The position numbers and the translations under genes are program-made. 64,000 nt of DNA, taken from assembly GCF_009914755.1 (NCBI RefSeq), contig NC_060926.1; one strand, written 5' to 3'. Below the pieces are notes generated by a model. It was not told where the DNA came from. It searched no databases and worked only from the letters and a program-made list of their open reading frames with translations. Source of the stretch: the human T2T-CHM13v2.0 reference genome, Homo sapiens. Shown in pieces: positions 13,791 to 34,183 of this stretch. The stretch's first letter is position 1. Each line of letters starts with the position of its first letter.

Positions 13791-14820
13791 TTTAGTAATC
13801 TTTTCCTTTGCCCACACAATCATTTCTGTTCTGAAAGGTCAAGCATCATTTTCCTCTCTAGAATATAGGAGAATTCCTCTTTTAGCCTTTGTCTACTGCA
13901 GATATTGTGAAGTAATCTCGTCTGGGAGTGACTATCTTAATTACTGAAATAACAGGAAGTTAATGCCACTACAGATGCTGGGAAGGAAAAGGTTGTAGGG
14001 GAGTTGGTAAATGTGGAAGAGTCACATGTCAGATTAAAACAGGTCACAATGATGAGCTCTGACTGCTCTGAAAGGCAACAATGTCCGTCCAGCTAAGGTG
14101 GGGGAGAAATAGGGACCTGGCAATGCCACCATCCTTCTGTCAGGATAGGGGTGTAGGGTTGCTGTCACATCGGAAGTGAGGGCAGCCTGAAGGTTGGGGT
14201 TAGCATTCAACAAGAGGATTGAAAGGACACTTTAAAATCTAGATAGCGTATCTAAAGGATGCCTGAGGAGAATTCCAGTCTTTTATAGAGGGATAGGGAG
14301 ATTGAATATGTTTTGCTTTTGAAAGCTTTATATTTGCAACTTTGTAGTTCTTTCTGCCATATATTTGAGGTGAAATGGGTATTAAATTGCAAAAGCAACA
14401 CAGTCCATGCCTATTTTTTTACACACAAATACTCTTAGAGTAAATTCTGTCTCAGTAAGCACCTAGCACATAGAAGGGTGTTTGGATAATGCCTTTATCC
14501 AGTTTATCACTAAACTGGTAGTTCTGGTGAAGTAGAATGTCTTTATCCAGTTGCACAGAACTAGTATCTCCTCTATCCCATTAAAGAGAAAATTGATTTA
14601 TTAACTGTTGATATTTACACTTGGGGAATTCATCAGGCTACTTGATCAGTAGAACCAGGAATCCTGCATAGATTGCTGTGGTATAAGGAGAAGATACCAA
14701 TAGGAACTAGGTGAGGGTATAGAGTTGAGTGGTTTTGTTGTGCATGAAATGTTAATGCTTGTTCATCACGAAGAATATCTTATTTCTGAAACCAAGTATG
14801 ACCACATTCTGTCACTCTCA

Positions 14821-15249
<429 letters not shown>

Positions 15250-18214
15250 TTATATGACTATGCAGAGAAAGGCTCTCAGAAACTCCATTACATAAGAGTA
15301 ATTGGCTGAGAAATCCAGATTAGCCACCTGATTTTATCTGCTGAGGTGCTGGAAATGATGGGATTTTCATATTTTTTAAAGTCTTCGAAGCATTTTGTGT
15401 TTCGTTTCATTTATTAAAGTAAGTAAATAGCCTCATCAGATAGTTTATACATCTCTTTGGATAGGTCATACAAATGTGTTCTACAAGAGCTTACATGTGA
15501 GTAAATTTAATGTTTAAAGTGTAAATATATAGATAGGGCTCACAAAGTAGTTTTCATAAAATAGTCCCTAGGGCACTGATAGCTGCTAAGATTGCTGTTT
15601 TAGAAGCCTTGCTCTGTTTGTAAATGAGAGACATTGTCTTATGTGAATAGTGAGAATGATACAAAGTCCTGGTTGTGCAAGTGTCTCTATGAAGGGAGCA
15701 GCTGGCCCTTCCTACAGAAGTTCCTTCTGTAGCCTGAGTCACACAGTCAGCACTTGTGGCTCTATTGGCTGCCTTTATCTTCTGCATAATGGATATGAAG
15801 GTTGCATTCATAGTATTAATGAGTAGTAACTCCAGTGGCCATGGCTGGCACCAAAAATAGCATGTTGATCATTACCTTTGGTCTTAAAGAATGAGTAGCA
15901 CAGAATGCCTGTGTCCCACCCTATATGAGGCCTTTTCTCCCCTGCAGAGCAAACTGGCATCTTTCTTTGGCTTCTTTCAGAGAACGGGTTTCCAAGCCAG
16001 CCATGAGTAGCCTCTGGAGCTTTTTCTGAGCCAGCTCCTGGTGGGGCATTGGGCTGTGGTCTATTCTAAAGAGAGTAGTTGGCATACACAAAGAATGAGT
16101 TTATTTGTAAACCACAATCACATAAACGTGAAGGAACACACAATGTCTGCCAGCAATGTCTTTGACCTGTGTGTGGAATACACTAGCAAGCAGTGGAATA
16201 AACTAGAACCATTGGTGTCAGAGCTGGAAGGGCCTTCAGCATCATAAGGGCCAAGTCCACAATGATGACCAAGAATAAGCAACCTCCCCAAGGCCATTCC
16301 ACCATTAAGTGAAAGATCTGGTCACTTCTAACTCCAGTCCAGGTGGCTTTCTATTGAACCAAAGACCCTCAGTTCCCTGACTTATAAGAGAGAACAATAC
16401 CTGTCCCGCAGGATGCCCATAATGACTAAGTGGGTTAACATCTATGCAAGTACCTCACACAAAAATAGGCCCCAATTAAATGTTTAATAATATTTTTCTT
16501 ATCAGATTAAAACCCTGGAGCTTACTTCACTCACCATTGTCCATTTTCACCATGATCAGTGCTGATGCTACACTCTTTCCATCTATGCAAAACCTGTTGT
16601 GATGCTGGACACATCACAGGTATGAGTTTCTGCCCCAGGGCTCATTGATGGCACAAAAGTTGAATTAACCCATATAGAAAATGGTCTCTTTAAAAAAATA
16701 TTTTTATATCAACTTTTCCACTTCCATAATTAAAGTACAGTGGACCACACGGGCAGAACAAGCCCACAGCCCTTTGACTTAAGGTTTGTTTGACTTGTAG
16801 AGCCTTCCTCAGTTCAGATATTCAAGGAGTCTCACTCTTCTCAGGAGCATTTTTATGTCCATTGCATTCCCAATTAAAAGAAAACAACTTCGGAACTCAG
16901 GAATTTCATTTCAATACCCAAGGAAAGAAATTCTCAATTTCTTTTCCATTAGTGGAATCAATAACTAATAGGAAGATAACCAAAGCTTTATCATGTAGAT
17001 TTAGTTTATAGGATAGCTCCTAAGGCTTGTAATTACAACTTTGAGAAAACAGTGTATGCTTATTCTGTGTGCTGTGTCCTCATAAGGGTATACAGGTAAT
17101 TTGAATAATAGCATACCAAGGATGGTGCATAGAAAATGCAGGCAATTTTCCTGAGTCTAGTTTCCTTTGAATAGATTTTAGGCTTGGGTAGACTATTGCC
17201 TTTAAGTATAATTTTACTCCAAAGGAGAAAATCTCTGCTGATAACAGGGTATCCCTTGACATAAATCAGCCAAAAAATAATTATCACAGAATCGATGTCA
17301 CCTAGAAATTATACCCAAACTACCCTTTATGATAATTTATATCATGAGACTTTAAATTTCTTCTATCAGAAAGTCACAAAAACATTGAAAAAGTAAACTC
17401 CAAAAACAAAATTTCAGCTGCCTTTTCAAGGAGTTCTATATTCAACTCACTCTGGTAAGTTGACTGTGCTATGGGAAGCAATCTTTAATACATGATATTA
17501 AAATAAGAGCTATTGATTAGACAGGCACAAGTGCAAAAGAGAGAGGTTATTAATTTCAAGATATACGAGAACATTTCCTACTGATAAGGAGCAATTTCAT
17601 CCTTTAGAAACAAAATCCTCCAAAGAAACATAATGTTCAGAAACTCTTTTTTTGTGTGCTTTGAAAGGGGCAGAAGGACATTGCTTTTGAAGTGAAATGC
17701 GTGCCACTGTGACAGGAAGAGCACACCATGACAGAAGGCAAAGAGACGAGACTGCCCAAGGTTTTCTAATGATATAACTAAACTAAAAACAAAACAAAGC
17801 ACACAACCCCCCACCCCCTGCAGTGTGAGCAGAGTTGAATTAACGACATAAAAGACAAAACTGAAAAGCAGCATCATATGGAGAGGAAGAAAAACAGATG
17901 TAAATAGTAAGAATGATGACAGATACATAGAAAGAATACTAAAAAGACAATGTATGAATTCCAGTTCATAAAAATAAGGACTAGGAGAACTACCATTTAC
18001 TTAGTGTCAACAATGTGCCAGTTCCTCTGCTCAGTTTTTTTCTGTTGTTTAAGAACTCAAATGTGAGAAAATTTAGAAGAAGAAGATATTTGAAATACAG
18101 ACAGCAAGGACCCCTTTAAGAATGTGGTGCCATGCCTTTCGGTCATGTTATTAAGGAGGCATATGATTTGTTAATGCCACCCAGGGCTGGACTCCTTCCA
18201 TACTTTATCATGAG

Positions 18215-18300
18215 TAATTTTCAGGACAATGCTGTGAGGTAGGTAGCATTTTTCTCTATTTTATAGATGAAGAAACAAGCTTACAGAAATTAAGAAGAAA
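18215..18300 (-). mobile_element. MIR fragment
   Basis: ctgtgaggtaggtagcatt...attttatagatgaagaaacaagcttacaga. Confidence 0.65.
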
Positions 18301-18689
18301 ATATAGCAAAAAAAAAGCAATTAGACGTATAGCAAGAAGAAATTTTCCTTGTTTGAAAAAGATATTAAGACAAGACACATTGGTAGCTATTAATAAGGAA
18401 AACTCATTAAATGAAATCCTCACCTAGACAAAATTTTTTTTAGAATAAAATATTCTGTAAGTATTGAAAAAAGGTAAATAAACAAAAAATGGCTTTTTTT
18501 TTTTTTTTGCCTGGTAAAGAATTAAGATCATCCTTTTGTAAAACTTACAGGAAATAATGAGAAGGTCTCTGAAGAGGTGGAAGGGAAAGAGTGTAAGCCC
18601 CCAAAATATACCTACTCAACTTTTCATTTCTATGCAATGTAAAAAATATATAATTTATCCTACTTAAAGCATCTCAAAGACAGCTTACA

Positions 18690-18830
18690 TATATTAACTT
18701 ATTTGATCATGGCAACATGTTACTCCTTAAGGAAGAAACTAGTGTTATCTCCATTTTACAAATGAGAAAACTGAAGAAGAGATTAACCCAAGCTCACACA
18801 GTTAACAGCAATGTGCATTAAGTGGCATTG
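18690..18830 (-). mobile_element. MIR fragment
   Basis: ttatctccattttacaaatgagaaaactgaag...cccaagctcacacag. Confidence 0.65.
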
Positions 18831-18923
18831 ATTTCTAGACTTGAAAATTCTAGTGAGTCACTAAAATTTTTAAAAAGACTTAATTGACAGGTTAAACTGT
18901 ACACTACAAAAAAGAGAGGAATT

Positions 18924-19343
<420 letters not shown>

Positions 19344-19347
19344 CTAG

Positions 19348-21170
<1,823 letters not shown>

Positions 21171-21683
21171 AAAATGCAATCTAGACATGAGGAAATTTCT
21201 CAGAATGAGGCAGAGAGAGTTAAAAGGAAAAAAAGTAAAGACATTGGATAACAGAAAGGCAAATGCCAAAATATATCTGACTATTCAAGAAACAGAGAAT
21301 TAAAAAATGAGATGAAGCCAAAAATGTTGGATGTAATTTTGATACTCATGTTTTCATTCAAATGATTTTCTTTATGATTTCTGCTTTAATCCAAGAGATT
21401 TTTTTCAACTAAATTCAGACACAGAATTTTGAAAGTCATCTATTTAGTATTTACTAGTTTTTTGTTGCTATTTTATCATGGTTTATTATTTGTTACTCAT
21501 TGTAAAATTTTTTGTTATCGTTATTTTGGTTTTTATTTTCCCCCGATTTAAAGAAAGAGAGGAGTCCTCAGTATAAAAATTATACTTAATCCAACATGGT
21601 TACAAAATAAATCTAAATTACACAATGCAAAGGTTTTTCCTTTGTTTGTTTGTTTTCGTTGTTGTTTTAAAGCTTGAGAAAGG

Positions 21684-21830
21684 AGCTGGGCTTGGTGGCA
21701 CATACCTGTAGTCCCATCTACTTGGGAAGCTGAGGTGGGAGGATTACTTGAGCGCAGGAATTTGAGGCTGCAGTGAGCTACAGCCACAGAGCGAGACCTT
21801 ATCTCTGAAAAGAAAAAGAAATAAAGAAAA
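21684..21830 (+). mobile_element. FRAM/Alu right-monomer-like SINE with internal deletion
   Basis: ggtggcacatacctgtagtccc...gaggctgcagtgagcta...cagagcgagacc plus A-rich tail. Confidence 0.85.
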
Positions 21831-21936
21831 GCTTTAAAAGGGGTAGAAAAAGAGATTGCTTACAAATGAAAACAATCCAACCAACAGCAAACTAGCGGAC
21901 TTCACATCAGCAGCAAGGGATTTCAAAGGACAATGA

Positions 21937-22271
<335 letters not shown>

Positions 22272-24045
22272 AATATATCTTAACATAGAACTCTATACCA
22301 GTTAAACCATGATTCAAGAATGGAAGCAAAATAAAGACATTTTCAGGGTATTGCCCACAGACCATGACTGAAAGACAGGCCTACTGCAGTTTATATTTCA
22401 TCAAGTAGCAAATTGAGCCGCCAAGGAAGCACAGAGACACTAAACATAAAAGTGAGAAAAAAATTAGAAAATGACTCTCCCAATACTAAGTAGCCAAAAT
22501 TATATCAGTGGTCAATATGTAGCATTTAATGCATTCATTGCCAAAAATAAATAAATTGGAATTTTTAAAAACCATGAAAGACTACTAAGGATAGTAGGAC
22601 AAAGAAAATAATTAAGTTAACCATAACAGTGTATAAATTAGAAATAAAGAGTAGAACTAATAATACAATAGATGACACTTTGTAAATAACCAACAACAAA
22701 TTATATATAAACTTTTTGAAAACTAGGCAAATATGACAGAATTACAACCAAAATGGGAAAACAAAACTCTATGTTACAAAGGATATTAGTTTTTTCTAAT
22801 AAATATGAAATACTGATGAAGTGAACTGAAAACCCTTTTTGTTAGCAAACAAACTCAACTTGGAATGTAAAGCCTAAATAAAAAACAATCAAGGAAAAAG
22901 TGTTTAACTACCCCAAAACAGAAAAATAAACAATAACAACAAACTCTAGGCTTGAATGATTTTATTGGAGAAGTATTTCACATGTTTAGAGAGAAAGATT
23001 ATTTCTCATGCTACAGAAGCTCTTCCAACAACACATGCCAAGGCTTTGTTCCAAAATAATATTTTCTCTCCATCACACTTCATATACTGGGAAAAGGCCT
23101 TGAGGTCCTCTCAACTTGTGGGGAAATTTTTATGTCTCTTGCAGAGTGAGACAGAAGCCATGCCCAGGACCTGGGCTGGAAGACACCTCTCCTTTTCCAA
23201 GTACGTTTGGGAAAACCACACAGGGTTTGTCTGCTCGAGTTTTCAATTTTGATTGTCCTTGAAAGGTCTTTGCCTGGTGCAATCGCATTTCCCCAAACCT
23301 CTCTCAGTTACTGCCAGGCCAGCCCAACTCAGAACACCCTTTCTTTCTCCACATGGGGCTAATTTTATTCATAGGGGCTCTGTCCCACCAAGTGGGAGAT
23401 AATAGAAGTTTGACCAGAGTGATTATTTAAAACAAAATCTAGGCTTCTGGTTCAAATAAAGAAAAAGAATTTACATTTATCTCTGCTCCATTTTGAAAAT
23501 ACATCTAAATGCAGTAAGAAGTACAAAACAAAAAGAAGTACATAAATAACTGGGAAAAGTTATCAGCCAACCAAAGATACTGTTCTTTTACATTTTCTGT
23601 TTCTTTCTTTGTACGGCAAAATAACACAAACCCATTATAGCTGGTAGAAGAAAGCAAGATACAGCAAAAAAGGAGATAACTTCCCTCTCTTCCCATTTCA
23701 CTTTTCTTACAGATTTAAGGCAACAAATATCAATACTCTGTTAGGGTCAGTGCTCACCCTTCCCCATGGCTGAGAAAGAACATAGCTAGACCACACATTC
23801 ACAGATGAAAGCATTTGGTGTAGTCATTATGCTGTGTTTTATTTTTACAAAAATAATGAAAATACTAGATAACTTGCTTCTTTCATTAAGCATTACAGGC
23901 ATCCATTTAGGATGACAGGGTCTGAATCATTTTTTTGGATAGCTGCATAATGTTCTATATGATGGATATTACATGATTCTTGAAAGCACAACTACTGATG
24001 AGTGTTCATATTTCCAATATGTTGCTATTAAAAATAATGCTTCCA

Positions 24046-24454
<409 letters not shown>

Positions 24455-25450
24455 TTATTCATCACTCTACAAGATGTTATAGGAATTCACTTGCTGAGCA
24501 GGTGAAGTGGAAGTGCCACTTTCTTTTTTAAATGTTATAACCTAAAAGGTAGTATTTGAAGGTGGTGAAGGAGTATGTCATACAACAGGGAACCTAAGAT
24601 CTGCATAGATGTGCCCTTTTCAAATATACAAAACAGGCAGGTGACCTGCTGATTCAGTAGAAGGCAATAAACAATGCATTCAATTAGAACGACATACATT
24701 TAATCACAATTGTCTAATGGTGTTTGAGGTTTCTTATCTAATCAGTAATGAGTCTACCCAGCAATTAATGTTTCTGGAATCGTGGCTGCCCTTACCAGCA
24801 CAGTGCTGATTTTAAACTAATCTTTCTATTTTATATAGTCTATTTCTGGAGTTAATAAAGGTGCTCTAATGAGTTGTATTTTTCAAAAAGTTATAACTAC
24901 TGGGTATGATCACTTTAATTTTTAGAGTCTAATGGTGAAAAATATTATCTTATTGCTGCTTTAATTTGCCTTTCCCTCAATACTAGTGAGGGTTGGCATC
25001 ATTCAATATGTGTATAGTCTGCTTGGATTAATCTTCTTTGACTTTCCTATTCACATCTGTCCATTTTTCTTTTGAGTTGTGTTTTTCTCTGATGGGCTTG
25101 AATACACTCTCAAGATTTTAGCAATATTAACTCTTTTCCTGTCTGAGAAGTCAGAAAAACTTCTACTTATGTATTATCTGTCTATTTTTTAAGCATACAC
25201 ATCTGTCAATAATATTTAGTTTACATATATATTGATATATTTGTGTGTATAGTTAATGCATATTGTTATATAACATAGTTAGTATATATATCCATCATTA
25301 TACATATTTAACCTACTATGATCAGAAATATCTACTATTGTTTTTACCCGAGTTTCTTTCTTTCCTTCCGTAATGAGATATTTCCCCTAGCTTTTTCTAA
25401 TGCATTTTTCCTTCTTCTTTTCCTATATATTTAATCAACATGGACTATGG

Positions 25451-25513
25451 ATATATATAATATCATATATATAAAATATCATATATAATATATATAAAAT
25501 ATCATATATATAT
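25451..25513. repeat. AT-rich (TA)n / atatataaaatatc repeat
   Basis: Read directly. Confidence 0.85.
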
Positions 25514-27067
25514 GAGGTAAAGGACCTCAATTTGCTTTAATCTTGCCTGTATATCTGAATCATTTTTTAAATAAACACTCTTTATCCACTGAAACAAAAT
25601 ACCATATTACCTTCTCATTTTTACTTGAATCTATTTCAAAACCTTTAATTCTGTTCCACTGAATAAATGGGTCAAGAACACACTATTTTGTTTATAGGAA
25701 GTTTTTAAATTAAGTTTTACTCTCCAGGAATTTTCTTATCATAATTTTCTTAGCTATTTTTACACATTGATTATTTCATAATGACTTTAAAAATATGTAT
25801 CTAGTTTTAAAAGTTCATTAAGATTTTAATTATTTTGTATTAAGCATCAATTTTGTAAATACTGGTATTTGATACTATTATTTCTTATCATTTTCTTCAT
25901 AGATCTTCCTATTCTTGTTAAAATGAATCATAGATAATTAAACATTTTATTACTCTTATGAATATAGTTTTCCTTTATTTCTAATGGGATGTTTCTATTA
26001 TATTGAAAAGTTAATTTTGGAATAGAAGTTTCCAGGTCGCTTCCAAGATGGCCAAATAGGAACAGCTCCAGTCTGCAGCTCCCAGTGAGATCGACACAGA
26101 AGACGAGAGATTTCTGCATTTCCAAATGAGGTACCTGGTTCATCTCACTGGGACTGGTGGGACAGTGGGTGCAGCCCATGGAGGGTGAGCCAAAGCAGGG
26201 TGGGGCATCACCTCATGCAGGAAGTGCAAGGGGTTGGGGGATTTCCCTTTCCTAGCCAAGGGAAGCTGTGACAGACTGTACCTGGAGGAACAGTACACTT
26301 CTGCCCAAATACTGCACTTTTCCCATTGTCTTTGCAACCAGCAGACAAGGAGATTCCCTCCCATGCCTGGCTCAGCAGGTCCCACGCCCATGGAGCCTTG
26401 CTCACTGCTAGCACAGCAGTCTGAGATCCACCAGCGAGGCTGCAGCCTGGCGGGGGTGGGGCATCTGCCATTGTTGAGGCTTGAGTAGGTAAACAAAGCT
26501 GCAGGGAAGCTCGAACTGGGTGGAGCCCACCGCAGCTCAGCAAGGCCTACTGCCTCTCTAGATTCCACCTCTCTGGGCAGGGCATAGCTGAACAAAAGGC
26601 AGCAGACAACTTCTGCACACTTAAACATACCTGTCTGATAGCTCTGAAGAGAGCAGTGGTTCTCCCAGCACAGCGTTTGAGCTCTGAGAACAGACAGACT
26701 GCCTCCTCAAGTGGGTCCCTGACCCCCATGTAGCATGACTGGGAGACACCTCCCAGTAGAGGCTGACAGACACCTCATACAGGTGGGTGCCCCTCTGGGA
26801 TGAAATTTCCAGAGGTAAAATCAGGCAACAATATTTGTGGTTCTGAAATATTTGCTGTTCTGCAGCCTCTGCTGGTGATACCCAGGCAAACAGGGTCTGG
26901 TGTGGACCTCCAGAAAATTCCAACAGACCTGCAGCTGAGGGGCCTGTTAGAAGGAAAACTAACAAACAGAAAGGAATAGCATCAACATCAACAAAAAGGA
27001 CATCCACACCAAACCCCATCTGTAAGTCACCAACATCAAAGACCAAAGGTAGATAAAAACCACAAAG

Positions 27068-28082
27068 ATGGGGAGAAATCAGAGCAGAAAAGCTGAAAAT
27101 TCTAAACACCATAGCACCTCTTCACCTCCAAAGGAATGCAGCTCCTCTCCAGCAACAGAACAAAACTGGAGGGAGAATGAGTTTGACGAGTTGACAGAAG
27201 TAGGTTTCAGAAGATCAGTAAAAACAAACTTCTTCAAGCTAAAGGAGCTTGTTCTAACCCATCACAAGGAAGCTAAAAACCTTGAAAAAAGGTTAGACGA
27301 ATGGCTAAGTAGAATAAACAGTGTAGAGAAGACCTTAAATGACTTGATGGAGCTGAAAATCATAGCACGAGAATTTCATGATGCAGGCACAAGCTTCAAT
27401 AGCTGATTCGATCAAGAGGAAGAAAGGGTATCTGTGATTGAAGATCAAATGAAATAAAGTGAGAAGACAAGATTAGAGAAGAAAGAGTGAAAAAAAACAA
27501 AGCCTCCAAGAAATATGGGACTATGTGAAAAGACCAAATCTACATTTAATTGGGGTACCTGGAAGTGACGGGGAAAATGGAACCAAGTTAGAAAATACTC
27601 TTCAGGATATTATCCAGGAGAACTTCCACAACCTAGCAAGGCAGGCCAACATTCAAATTCAGGAAATACAGAGAACACCACAAAGATTCTTGAGAAGAGC
27701 AACCCCAAGACACATAATTGTCAGATTCACCAAAGTTGAAATGAAGGAAAAAATGTTAAGGGCAGATAGGGAGAAAGTTTGGCTTACCCACAAAGGGAAG
27801 CCCATCAGACTAACAGTGGATCTCTCAGCAGAAACCCTACAAGCCAGAAGAGAGAGGGGGCCACAATTCAACACTCTTAAGGAAAAGAATTTTCAAACCA
27901 TAATTTCATATCCAGCCAAACTAAGCTTCATAAGTGAAGGAAAAATAAAATCCTTTACTGACAAGGAAATGCTGAGAGATTTTGTCACCACCAGGCCTGC
28001 CTTACAAGAGCTCCTGAACGAAGCACTAAACATGGAAAGGAACAACCGGTGCCAGCCACTTCCAAAACATGCCAAATTATAA
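27068..28082 (+). pseudogene. L1 ORF1p remnant (stop and frameshifts)
   Basis: MGRNQSRKAENSK...; premature TGA at 27404-27406; resumes as KRPNL...PRHIIVRF...YPAKLSF...TTRPALQE. Confidence 0.93.
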
Positions 28083-28145
28083 AGACCATTGATGCTATAA
28101 AGAAACTGCATCAATCAATGGGCAAAATAATCAGCTAACATCATA

Positions 28146-31950
<3,805 letters not shown>

Positions 31951-32280
31951 ACAATGAGAACACATGGACACAGGAAGGGGAACATCACACACCAGGGCCT
32001 GTTGGGGGGTGGGGTGCTGGGGGAAGGATAGCATTAGGACAAATATCTAATGTAAATGACGAGTTGATGGGTGCAGCAAACTAACATGGCACATGCATAC
32101 CTATGTAACAAACCTGCATGTTGTGCACATGTACCCTAGAACTTAAAGTTTTAAAAAAAAGTTAATTTTGTATATGTATACATTAATTAGGCATGTATGT
32201 GGTATAGAGTTGTTAAAAAAATTCAAATATAATTTACACAACATAACATTTGTTTTCATACGTTTTAAGATGTCCAAATA

Positions 32281-32619
32281 AGCTGGGCACGGTGGCTCAC
32301 GCCTGTAATCCTAGCACTTTGGAGTCCGAAGTGTGCGGATCACTTGAGTTCAGGAGTTTGAGACCAGCCTGGCCAACATGGTGAAACCTCATCTCTACTA
32401 AACATACAAAATTAGCTGGACGTGGTGGCATGCCCCTGTAATTCCAGCTACTCCGAAGGCTGAGGCAGGAGAATGGCTTGAATCCAGGAGGCGGAGGTTG
32501 CAGTGAGCCGAGATTGCACCACTGCACACTCCAGCCTGGGCAAGAGAGAGAGAATTTGTCTAAAAAAACAAACAAACAAACAAACAAAAAAACAAAAACA
32601 CACACACACATACACACAG
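32281..32619 (+). mobile_element. AluS-type SINE; tail grades from A to (CAAA)n to (CA)n
   Basis: Full dimer. TSD aagatgtccaaata (32267-32280) / aggatgtacaaata (32620-32633). Confidence 0.95.
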
Positions 32620-32995
32620 AGGATGTACAAATAGTTAAGTGCTTTTAGTATATTCACTACGTTGTGCAACCATCAACACTATCTAATTCCAGGATGTTTC
32701 CTTCATTCCGAAAAGAAACCTGTATTTATTGTCAGTCAGAACAATTCCTCTCAACCCCAACCTCTCTTAGTCACTGATCTACATTCTTTCTGTATGGATT
32801 TGACTGATCTAGACATTTCATATAAACAGAATTGTACTATACATGGCCTGTTGTGACTGGATTCTTTCACCTAGCATGATGTTTTCAAGGTTCTTTTATG
32901 TCGCAGTATGTTATACTGCTTCATTCTTTAAGACTGAATAATTGTATGTACATACCACATTTTGTCTATGTATCAGTTGATGGATCTTTGGATTG

Positions 32996-33554
32996 TGTAT
33001 GTTTAGTATTAAGTGTCAACCTGATTGGATTGAAGGATTCAAAGTATTGTTCCTGGGTGTGTCTGTGAGGGTGTTGCCAAAGGAGATTAATAATTGTGTC
33101 AATGGACTGGGAGAGGCAGACCCACCTTCAGTGTGGGTGGGCACCATCCAATCAACGGCCAGTGCGGCTAGAGTAAAGCAGGAAGAAGAAGGTGGAAGAA
33201 GGTGGGAGAGGCCGATTTGCTAAGTCTTCCAGCCTTCATCTTTCTCCCGTGCTGCATGCTTCCTGCCCACGAACATCAGACTCCAAGTTCTTCAGCTTTT
33301 GGGCTCTTGGACTTTACACCAGTGGTTTGCCAGGGGCTCTCAGGCCTTCAGCCACAGACTGAAAGCTGCACTGTCGGCTTCCCTGCTTTCGAGGTTTTGG
33401 GACTCAGACTGGCTTCCTTGTTCCTTACCTTGTAGATGGCATATTTTGAGAGTTCACCTTGTGATCGTGTGAGTCAATATTTCTTAATAAACTCCCCTTC
33501 ATATATGCATATATCCTATTAGTTCTGTCCCTCTAGAGAACCCTGACTAATACA
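32996..33554 (+). mobile_element. MLT2A2-like (HERV-L) solo LTR
   Basis: gtgtcaacctgattggattgaagga...gtattgttcctgggtgtgtctgtgagggtgttgcc...cctctagagaaccctgactaataca. TSD gattg at 32991-32995 and 33555-33559. Confidence 0.92.
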
Positions 33555-33676
33555 GATTGTCTTTACTTTGGGCTATTATGAATAGTGTTGCTGTGGGTAT
33601 GCATGTACAAGTGGAATTGCTGGGTCATATGACAATCCTTTGTTTAACTTTTTAAGTAACTGCTAAACTGTTTTCC

Positions 33677-33862
33677 TGGGGTATGGAACTTTAAGATGGG
33701 CTTCATGGTCCCTGTCTCCTGGTATTCATGTACCCCCTCTCCTTGAGTATAGGCAGAAACTGTGACCTGCTTCTGACCAATTGCAAAGGCAATGAAGTGT
33801 CACTCTCTTCAGCATGTGAGATAACATAAAACTGTGTCTAACTAGTCAATTCACTCTAGACA

Positions 33863-33899
<37 letters not shown>

Positions 33900-34183
33900 C
33901 ATTGCTTATTTTGAAGTAGCAAGCTGCCATAGTCAATAACTACAAGGAAATACATTCTGGCAACTACTTGAGTGATCTTGGAAGCAGTTTCTTCCACTGT
34001 TGAGCCTATAGATGAGGACACAGCTTGACTAACACCTGGAATGTAGTCTCATGAGACCCTCAGCAGAGGATTGAATAAGCTATATCAGTACTCTGATCCA
34101 CAGAAACTGTGAGATAATAACCACATATCATTTCAAGTCTCCAAATTTGTATAATTTGTTACCCAGCATAGAAAACTAATGTA
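33677..34183 (+). mobile_element. MLT1E/F-like MaLR solo LTR with internal (CT)n
   Basis: ctcctggtattcatg...ccttgagtataggc...cccagcatagaaaactaat; cacagaaactgtgagataataa. Confidence 0.75.

Larger units (their letters stand above)
32215..33676 (-). mobile_element. L1MB-type 3' fragment split by an Alu and MLT2A
   Basis: ttttagtatattcac...ttgtgcaaccatca...ctagacatttcatataaa...ggctattatgaatag...ggaattgctgggtcatatg. Confidence 0.8.
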
